DNA of 64,000 nt, from IMG/VR virus record IMGVR_UViG_3300037423_001503. The stretch is one strand, 5' to 3'. This document shows positions 31,842-38,770 of the stretch, piece after piece (within the stretch, counting starts at the first letter, position 1; every line of letters starts with the position of its first letter). The translations under genes were made by a program, and so were the position numbers. The notes under the pieces were generated by a model, which saw only the letters and a program-made list of their open reading frames with translations, was not told where the DNA came from and did not search any database. This DNA comes from a virus.

Positions 31842-32014
31842 GTGCCGGTTCAGGGAGAACTCGTTGTGCGCCCGTACGCTCTTCCCCGCATTACCGCGCC
31901 TACGACCAGCGTAACGATGCCTTGGCCAGGCAGGATGCGCGTTGTGGGAGTGGCTCGTGTCCCACGGCCTCCGCGGCGGCCATTGTGGGCTCGACGAGTT
32001 CTCTGCACCGCCAC
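31842..32014 (-). ncRNA. 173-nt end-paired structured RNA of unknown family upstream of rtcB
   Basis: 5' and 3' ends pair, including perfect 10-bp GAGAACTCGT/ACGAGTTCTC; several internal hairpins; no credible ORF. Confidence 0.55.
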
Positions 32015-32057
32015 TATCCGACTCGTGATCAGCGAGTCAGCCAAACTTTGAAGATTG

Positions 32058-32182
32058 TTCCGTCGGAGGGGATCGAACCCTCTACCCTAGCAGCCGCTAG
32101 CAGGCTGATCGTCGGGTTATCGGCCCACTACTCGACACCCGGGTTCGCGACCCGCAGACGCCTTTCGCTTCCGATCGACGGC
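32058..32182 (-). ncRNA. tRNA-like RNA (~125 nt) with oversized variable region
   Basis: Canonical T arm GAGGG-TTCGATC-CCCTC, acceptor CCGTCG/CGACGG, D-like arm, GCG-loop arm, two extra hairpins. Confidence 0.65.
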
Positions 32183-32198
32183 CTGAGAAGCTTAGCAG

Positions 32199-32573
32199 CT
32201 ACTCGTCGTCTTCGTCAACCGGAAGCGAGGCGATGCGCTCAACATAGCGTTCCTGCTCGGCGATGAGGCCGTCTCGGAACCCGACCAAGGCGTCGATCAT
32301 CGTGTTGACCTTGTAGAGGTCGTTGGCGCGTGCGTCAGCGTCGGCAATATCGAAGTCGAACGAGACGCTGCGCGTGCAGTCGGCGATCTGGAGCACCATG
32401 TGTGGTCGGGCGTTCCAGCGTTCGAGCTTCTCGTCCTCGGCGTTCTTGCCGGCCTTCCAGCGAGAGGTGTCTTCGATTTCGGCGACGATCGCGCCTGTCG
32501 AGTGGTGGCCGGGCAGGTTGAGCATTGCGCGCCCGCCGTGGTAGCGGCGGCGCTGTCGTGGGCGTCGAGCCAT
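32199..32573 (-). CDS. hypothetical protein (leaderless, Arg-rich N-terminus MARRPRQRRR)
   Basis: TACTCT-N6-ATG at 32573. Confidence 0.6.
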   Translation of the reverse strand: MARRPRQRRRYHGGRAMLNLPGHHSTGAIVAEIEDTSRWKAGKNAEDEKLERWNARPHMVLQIADCTRSVSFDFDIADADARANDLYKVNTMIDALVGFRDGLIAEQERYVERIASLPVDEDDE

Positions 32574-32591
32574 CGACGAAGAGTAGCAGAA

Positions 32592-32617
32592 CGACAAAGG
32601 CCGCCTCGTGGGCGGCC
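32592..32617 (-). terminator. intrinsic terminator after lysis cassette
   Basis: GGCCGCC-CACGA-GGCGGCC followed by TTTGTCG. Confidence 0.65.
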
Positions 32618-32730
32618 GATGCCGAGATTTGGGATCACCTCCAGCTAGGAACGACCACGGCGGCGTCGGTCTTCCGTCACTGGCATCACCTCCTCCCGAA
32701 GGCGTCCGGGCGCTGCCCGGCGTGGGTGGC

Positions 32731-32997
32731 CTAGGACTCTACGTGAGGTACGCCCTTCTTGGCGATACCTCGGGAGAGCACGTACGCCACCACGGCGGCG
32801 ATGGATGAGACGTCGCCATACTTCGAGGGGAGGTGGAGAACCTGAAGCTGGGACGCGATGACCCAGGCAACGGTAAGCCAGAACTCAGTTGTGCGGTAGC
32901 CGGCCTTGGCCTCCTTGAACACCTGAGGTGCCTCGGCGATAACCTGCTCGATGGCTGAGACGTCTGGGGTGTCTGGTGTTGCTGCTGAATCAGGCAT
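32731..32997 (-). CDS. holin
   Basis: GYRTTEFWLTVA, two TM segments, basic C-terminus, adjacent to endolysins. Confidence 0.7.
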   Translation of the reverse strand: MPDSAATPDTPDVSAIEQVIAEAPQVFKEAKAGYRTTEFWLTVAWVIASQLQVLHLPSKYGDVSSIAAVVAYVLSRGIAKKGVPHVES

Positions 32998-33046
32998 AAC
33001 TGCTCCTAGGTGAAATGACTAGAACTTGATTCTATCGAACCAAGTG

Positions 33047-33535
33047 CTAGATTCGGCCGCTGTTGAGGTACTTGGTTGCCGCGGCGTAGCCCTGAACGAT
33101 GACCAGGCGCTCGGCGCGACGACGTCGCGTCAGGCCTGCTAGCGGATGACCGCCGGCCTTGTCCCAGGCCAGGATCGCCGTCGCAGCCATGCCCCAATGG
33201 CCGCCGCGGAGAAGCTTGCCGACGCTGGTCGACGAACTCAGCGCGCCCGGACCGACGTTGTAGACGAAGCTCGTGAATCCATCGATCTGCCGCTGTGTTA
33301 GGTGTGGATTCGCAGCCAGCACTGCCGGTAGGTAGTCACGATTGAGTCGAGCGCGAAGCTGACGAAGCGCTTGGACTCTACTGACAGGCTTCGTGTGCGG
33401 GCCGACGTTCTTGGTCTCGCCGAAGCCGATCGTCCACACTCCAACCGAGTCCTGGTAAGGACGAGCGGAGAATCCCTCAAAGTGCGAAACCAGTAGGACG
33501 CCTCTCCACGAGACGCGAGGACGGCGCTTGATCAC
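33047..33535 (-). CDS. endolysin, GH24 phage lysozyme
   Basis: FEG...YQDSVGVWTIGFG (E-x8-D-x5-T), FVYNVG, GLTRRRRAER. Confidence 0.92.
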   Translation of the reverse strand: MIKRRPRVSWRGVLLVSHFEGFSARPYQDSVGVWTIGFGETKNVGPHTKPVSRVQALRQLRARLNRDYLPAVLAANPHLTQRQIDGFTSFVYNVGPGALSSSTSVGKLLRGGHWGMAATAILAWDKAGGHPLAGLTRRRRAERLVIVQGYAAATKYLNSGRI

Positions 33536-34065
33536 TTGAACCTCCGGAGGTAGGCGCGCGTCAAGGCGACGCGTGTTCGTGTTAGATGCTTGCCGTCGGC
33601 GCGCGGCTGGCGGTGAAATCCCCAGTGGTGGTATTCGACGACCGAGTCGTAGGGGAAGTAGATCTCTAGGCCATAATGCTGCGCGGCGCGACGTAGTTGC
33701 TGGCGCGTGATGTCGTTGTTGACACCCGAGTCAACCCCAACCTCCCACTCTTCGAGGTGCCGCCCCACGGGTCCCCGCTTGGCGACGCCATCCGAGCGTA
33801 GCTCGTGCATCGAACGACCTGCCGGATTCGGTGTGCCGGTGATGCCCCACTCGGCTCGCTGCGCGGGGGACGCGTTCTCCATCTCGCGCTGCGTGTGCTT
33901 GCCGTGGCGGTGAAGGATCGGCCGAGCGGCGGGGTCGTCGCCGCGGTAGATACTCGAAGCTGACTGTCCGGCGCGCCTCAAGATGAGGTAGATGTAGGGG
34001 GCGACATCGTACGGCGCTGGGCAGCCGTCGATGACGAGCCACTTCGGTCGGCGTAGTCGCCTCAT
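33532..34065 (-). CDS. second endolysin, M15-like zinc peptidase
   Basis: SIYR...Q...NPAGRSMH...GVD...EYHH resembles the M15 HxD/ExxH pattern. Confidence 0.6.
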   Translation of the reverse strand: MRRLRRPKWLVIDGCPAPYDVAPYIYLILRRAGQSASSIYRGDDPAARPILHRHGKHTQREMENASPAQRAEWGITGTPNPAGRSMHELRSDGVAKRGPVGRHLEEWEVGVDSGVNNDITRQQLRRAAQHYGLEIYFPYDSVVEYHHWGFHRQPRADGKHLTRTRVALTRAYLRRFK

Positions 34066-34280
34066 GAGGAAACAGTCTCCGCGTTCGCTGTGTTGCTGAT
34101 CGTGGTCGTGTAGATCGGTCCGCCCCGGTATCCGGGATACTGCCACGGGTTAGCAGGGATCGAAGGCTGGATTGGGTAAACAGGTCGCGGATAAGCGTTG
34201 CCGCAGTGCAGACAAGCCCCGCATACGGGGCAATGCGACGGCGGCAGGGTGCTCATCCAGACGAAAGAGTGCGAACACAT
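34062..34280 (-). CDS. small Cys/Pro-rich protein
   Basis: TAAACT upstream; CPVCGACLHCG; ATGA overlap with next gene. Confidence 0.45.
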   Translation of the reverse strand: MCSHSFVWMSTLPPSHCPVCGACLHCGNAYPRPVYPIQPSIPANPWQYPGYRGGPIYTTTISNTANAETVSS

Positions 34281-34298
34281 ATAAGTGCTAGTTTACCA

Positions 34299-36554
34299 CT
34301 AGTAGCGCGTTCGCGCCTGGGTCACTGCGGCCAAGCGAGCCAGGAGCGCCTCGAAATCGTTGCGCGTATTGTCGATCGACACTGAGGCGGAGCGGTCATC
34401 GTGAGAGTAGGAGACGGTGTCGATGACTCCGTCTCGTCCAACGCCGCCAGTGTCGGGATCGATGATGTTCAGGAAACGCACAAGCTCAGTCGTCTCCAGC
34501 AACATCTCCGCCGGGTGACGAGGCGCGCCGTCGCCGGCCGAGCGTACTCGTCCGTCGCCCTGGACCTTCCACGAACCCCTGAACGGGGTACGCGACTTCA
34601 ACGACAAGAACACGTCGCCAAGCTGCTTCGCGGCTTCGGTGGTGAGCGGCGAATTGATCGCAAGGGTGGCTGTTCGCGAGCGACCGAGGCGATCAAGCAG
34701 TGTTGGGATCGGCGTGTAGATGGTGAAGTCGTCGTACCAGTAGTTGACGCCGGTTGGCGATGAGATCCTCGGCTGGATCGCGAAGTACACGTCGCTGCCG
34801 TCGTAGGTCTCGGGCGCGGTCCAGCGGATCTCAAACTGCTCCCACTGGTTGGCAGTCGAGATGTGGTCTGTTTCAAGTCCAGACGTGAGGTTGAAGATCG
34901 TCATCGCGGGATCAAGACCCGTTAGACCGGTCTTCGTGGTTCCCCACTTAGTGAAGATCGCTGTAGCGGAGCCCGACGGCGGCATCGCAACGTCGCCAAT
35001 TGTGATGTAGATATCTGAGGCCGCCGATAGCGGGCTTCCGGTGATGGTGCTCTGTCGAGCCCAGAAACGGAATACGTAGGTCCTGTCCTTCAGGAACGTG
35101 TCACCGGAGAAGGTTGCGTAGAGGATGCCATTGGAGTTGTCGGCGGTGGCCTTCAAAGAACCGCCAGGGCTGTGGTAGATGGTGTTGTCCCACGCCCACG
35201 TTCCGCTACCGCTGCCCCCAGCGCCCGGGAGGTGGACGGCGGTCCAGCCAGAGATGTTTGAGTTGAAGACGTCGTTGGCGAAGCTTGGGCTCAGCGGCGC
35301 AACCAACTGCGTAGCCAGCGCGCTTTGCTGCGTCGTGCGGGTCACCATCAGTGAGTTGCCGTCTGGTCCTGTGCCGGTCACGTAGACCTTGTTGAACAAC
35401 TCCTCGGCGACGTTAGCCGACGCGTCGGCGAATTCAGATCCGGGCTCGTCGGACGCCTCAAGCGCAGGCGCTGACGGCTGCGGCGCGAACTTGAGCTTCG
35501 AGCCGGGCACAATCTTCGTCCGGTAGGCATGGAAGGCGTTGGCGGCTTCGATGACCTCGCGCACCGTCTTAGGTTCTGTGACGGTGAAGTCAGGGATCGC
35601 AAAGGTGGTCGCTTCGATGTCGGTTGTGCTCTGCGAGATCACATCCTGGTACGTCAGAGCGTCCTTGACGATCTGATCAGCATGAAGCACGCTGTCACCG
35701 CTCGACACATAGGACGAGTCGCTGAATGCGCGCACAGACTTGATCATCATCAACGTGTCGGCGGCGGCTGTGTAGTCTGCGGCGGCGTTGTAGAGGAAGA
35801 TCGATACGTAGCGTCTAGGAGTCGCAATAGACCCGGTTAGCGTGTCAAAACCGGTTGCCTGATCCTGAAGCGTCGACGCTGCGGTGCCGGAGATGAAGTC
35901 ACCGAACGTTCCAGCAGCGCCGAGGATGAGGTCGGAGATGTCGTCGGCTGCTCTGACGTAGATATCGCCGCCCGCGGAGAAGCTGCCGACGCGTGCCACC
36001 TCAATGGCGATGTCTGTGATCCACGACTTTGGGTTCTCGCCGAAATCAGCGACAACACCAACAGCGTCTGCGTTTGGCCACACGCTGTCCTTGGCTGCGC
36101 CGATGCTGATTGTGCCGTCGCCTGAGGAGACGGTCAGCGCCTGCGGAAACCGAGACAGCGTCGCCGTCGGTGCTGAGCGCACGTCAGACCAGATACCAAG
36201 GTCGGTCTGAGCGTACACACGCGAGTAAGGGAAATCGTCAAGTGCGTACTGTTCGCCGCGGGCGGTGACTGAGACCGACACCGCGCCAGGAGCGACGTTG
36301 GTCGGTGTCTCCCACAGGTAGCCCTCCCAGACCACGACACCGGCGACCTCAAGCTCGATCGGAGCGAAAGCGTTGAGCCGGAATGCGCCGCCCACCCTGG
36401 GATCGCGCTTGATCGTGAAGGAGAGCGTGTCCGAGCCCCACTTATTGGAAGTGGCTGTGATCCCCTCAGGCCAGAAGCCGGCCCAAGAACCTGTGCCGAT
36501 CTGCTCCCACTGATCGTCGATGGACTGGATGCGCACGATGGCGTCGTCAGCCAT
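34299..36554 (-). CDS. minor tail / baseplate hub protein with inserted carbohydrate-binding-like domain
   Basis: VVWEGYL hub-like N-terminus, beta-rich WYDDF domain, tail module position. Confidence 0.7.
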   Translation of the reverse strand: MADDAIVRIQSIDDQWEQIGTGSWAGFWPEGITATSNKWGSDTLSFTIKRDPRVGGAFRLNAFAPIELEVAGVVVWEGYLWETPTNVAPGAVSVSVTARGEQYALDDFPYSRVYAQTDLGIWSDVRSAPTATLSRFPQALTVSSGDGTISIGAAKDSVWPNADAVGVVADFGENPKSWITDIAIEVARVGSFSAGGDIYVRAADDISDLILGAAGTFGDFISGTAASTLQDQATGFDTLTGSIATPRRYVSIFLYNAAADYTAAADTLMMIKSVRAFSDSSYVSSGDSVLHADQIVKDALTYQDVISQSTTDIEATTFAIPDFTVTEPKTVREVIEAANAFHAYRTKIVPGSKLKFAPQPSAPALEASDEPGSEFADASANVAEELFNKVYVTGTGPDGNSLMVTRTTQQSALATQLVAPLSPSFANDVFNSNISGWTAVHLPGAGGSGSGTWAWDNTIYHSPGGSLKATADNSNGILYATFSGDTFLKDRTYVFRFWARQSTITGSPLSAASDIYITIGDVAMPPSGSATAIFTKWGTTKTGLTGLDPAMTIFNLTSGLETDHISTANQWEQFEIRWTAPETYDGSDVYFAIQPRISSPTGVNYWYDDFTIYTPIPTLLDRLGRSRTATLAINSPLTTEAAKQLGDVFLSLKSRTPFRGSWKVQGDGRVRSAGDGAPRHPAEMLLETTELVRFLNIIDPDTGGVGRDGVIDTVSYSHDDRSASVSIDNTRNDFEALLARLAAVTQARTRY

Positions 36555-38770
36555 TACGTTCCTCGCGCTAGGTGATAGCGTGGCTGTACGTGCATCGACA
36601 CATACATAGGCTGATTGGTCATCGTTGTGTTTTCGCCTGACGGAAGCGACGGATCGTCAGGTACCTGATCTGAAGTCAACACCAACACCTGCGGGCGAGC
36701 GCCGCCATTGATGATGAGAGGCGCGCCACTCATGCCTCGTGTCATCGAATACCAGTTAGGCGGCGCGTTCTCTCCGCCGGAAGCGCCGGTGAGGTCAGAG
36801 TAGATGCGTCGGGTGGCGACATTGCCAACTCCGCCTGGGATGAACTTCGGGTATGAGGCGTCCTGGACCTTGCTCGTCGGCAGCACCGCCCGTGAGCGCA
36901 CCGGAACCCCAGCAAGCCAATCGAGGCCAAACGTGCCACTCGATCCATTGCCTGCGATGAGGCGTAGAACAATCAGCCACGGTGAGCGTGCGTGCTTATC
37001 CACGGGCAGCGAGATGATGCCGAGACGGTGGACTCTCCAGCCGGCCGCAGTCGGCACCAGGCGTCCCGAAGATCCCCACTCAGAGGTGTATCGGAAGGCA
37101 AGCTCGCCAGCGCCGAACGGCAGCGCCGACGCCGTCGCGGTCAGCGACGTAAGGCCTCCACTCTGATAGACACGTGCCCACAACTCGACCTTCACCTCGT
37201 TGGTGAACTCGTCGGGCTCAACGACGCTCGGATCGACCATCACGTGGAACTGCCAGTAGTCGGGTGATCCAACCGACGAATCCCACAACAGGTTCCCGCC
37301 CGATGCTGCGATGTTGGCCGAGGTTGAGGTGAACCCGATCGGGTCGATTCCAAACCATGTCGGGTATGTCGTGGTGTCGGCGTCCCAGAAACCAAACGGA
37401 GGCGATGCCTGGGCGATGCCGTTTGATCCAGCGTCGATCGCAGTTGGTGTCAACGTAGGGCGATCCCACCACGACAGCAACGACCAACCGAGAGAGCCGC
37501 TGGACGTCACGGTAGTAGACACGTCAACGGTTACATCGACATCAAGCAGGGCCGGCGCTGTGCCAGGAATGAGACCGAAGCTGTTCTCGCCGGGAACAAA
37601 TGACGCCGAGGGCTGTGAACCGTTGTAGTTGAAGCCCGCCGTGTAGGGCTCAAATCGCCAGCGTACGACCTTCTGTGTGCCAAGGTCACCGACTGGGTCG
37701 ATAGCGAATCCGTAGCTGCCGGTCGCGGCAATCGCCGCGTCACCGGTTGTCAACGTTGTGCTGACGCGAGCCGAGGACGAAGCTCCGATGGCTGTGCGGT
37801 TAGGGAACCAGAGTTCAGGGTCGTTGTCGGCGGGAAGCGGGAAGAGGTCGGCGCGCACAACGGTGCTGCCGGTCGAGCCGTTGATGATCCTTGAGGCGCG
37901 GAACGTGTACGTACCGGCCGCCAACGTGCTCGTCGATGCGGTAGCGATCTGCGTGTCAACGCCGCTGACCTTCTTACGGATCTCAACGTTCTGTGTGGCA
38001 TAGTTCCAGCGAGCGTAGATCACGTCGCCGCTGGCGGTCTGACCAAGGATCAACCGACTAGACCCCGTCGCAGAGGCACCAATGGTTACGGTGAGCGCGC
38101 TCTCGCCCTGCTCGTACTGGTAGCCACGGCCCGTGAAGAGCAACGTCTTGAGTCCGCCAGTCGTGAACACGAGGCGCTGGTTTGCGTCTACGTAGACCGC
38201 TGGTGGCACATGGCCGGGGTCAGTTACAGTGTACTCGTCGAGGCCTGCGTTGCTGACGCCTGGTGTGCCGACGCGGTCGGGACGAGCCCAATCCTCGTAG
38301 ATCCATGTCTGGTCACCGACAGCGAGCGGCGCGATCTGAACCTGTACCGCCATATGTAGTCGCTTGGTTCCGCTCCACTCGACCCAGCGGTACTTCAAGG
38401 CCGGCGGCTGCGCGCACCGAATCTCGGAGTAGCGAGAATGCGAAGCGCCGTCGGGACGCCATTCGATGAAGTAGTTTCCGCCAGTGTCTGCGAATTCTGC
38501 TGAGATCGCCTCTGCGATGTCGATGGCGGCGTCGCTCGACGTACCGTCGCCGACGTAGAACTCGCACTCAAAGACGCCGTTATCGCGTGTCTCCGACACA
38601 ACCTCAGCGCCTTCCCAGCGTCGGCCGCTTGCAGATGTCTGAGTGTTCGATTGGCCGGGAACGAAGCTCAACGAGTCGCGGATGACTGCTACATTCGCGC
38701 CGTCGTTGAGGTCGCGCACAGTTACGGGCCGGCCGTTAGCTCCGAAGTAGATGAGTCTTAGTCGATCCAT
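36554..38770 (-). CDS. minor tail (distal tail-like) protein
   Basis: Immediately after tape measure; beta-rich. Confidence 0.65.
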   Translation of the reverse strand: MDRLRLIYFGANGRPVTVRDLNDGANVAVIRDSLSFVPGQSNTQTSASGRRWEGAEVVSETRDNGVFECEFYVGDGTSSDAAIDIAEAISAEFADTGGNYFIEWRPDGASHSRYSEIRCAQPPALKYRWVEWSGTKRLHMAVQVQIAPLAVGDQTWIYEDWARPDRVGTPGVSNAGLDEYTVTDPGHVPPAVYVDANQRLVFTTGGLKTLLFTGRGYQYEQGESALTVTIGASATGSSRLILGQTASGDVIYARWNYATQNVEIRKKVSGVDTQIATASTSTLAAGTYTFRASRIINGSTGSTVVRADLFPLPADNDPELWFPNRTAIGASSSARVSTTLTTGDAAIAATGSYGFAIDPVGDLGTQKVVRWRFEPYTAGFNYNGSQPSASFVPGENSFGLIPGTAPALLDVDVTVDVSTTVTSSGSLGWSLLSWWDRPTLTPTAIDAGSNGIAQASPPFGFWDADTTTYPTWFGIDPIGFTSTSANIAASGGNLLWDSSVGSPDYWQFHVMVDPSVVEPDEFTNEVKVELWARVYQSGGLTSLTATASALPFGAGELAFRYTSEWGSSGRLVPTAAGWRVHRLGIISLPVDKHARSPWLIVLRLIAGNGSSGTFGLDWLAGVPVRSRAVLPTSKVQDASYPKFIPGGVGNVATRRIYSDLTGASGGENAPPNWYSMTRGMSGAPLIINGGARPQVLVLTSDQVPDDPSLPSGENTTMTNQPMYVSMHVQPRYHLARGT

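Noticed and set aside
32058-32182. tmRNA or tRNA-Sec
   Set aside because: No G3:U70 pair or tag reading frame and too short for tmRNA; no UCA anticodon or extended acceptor stem
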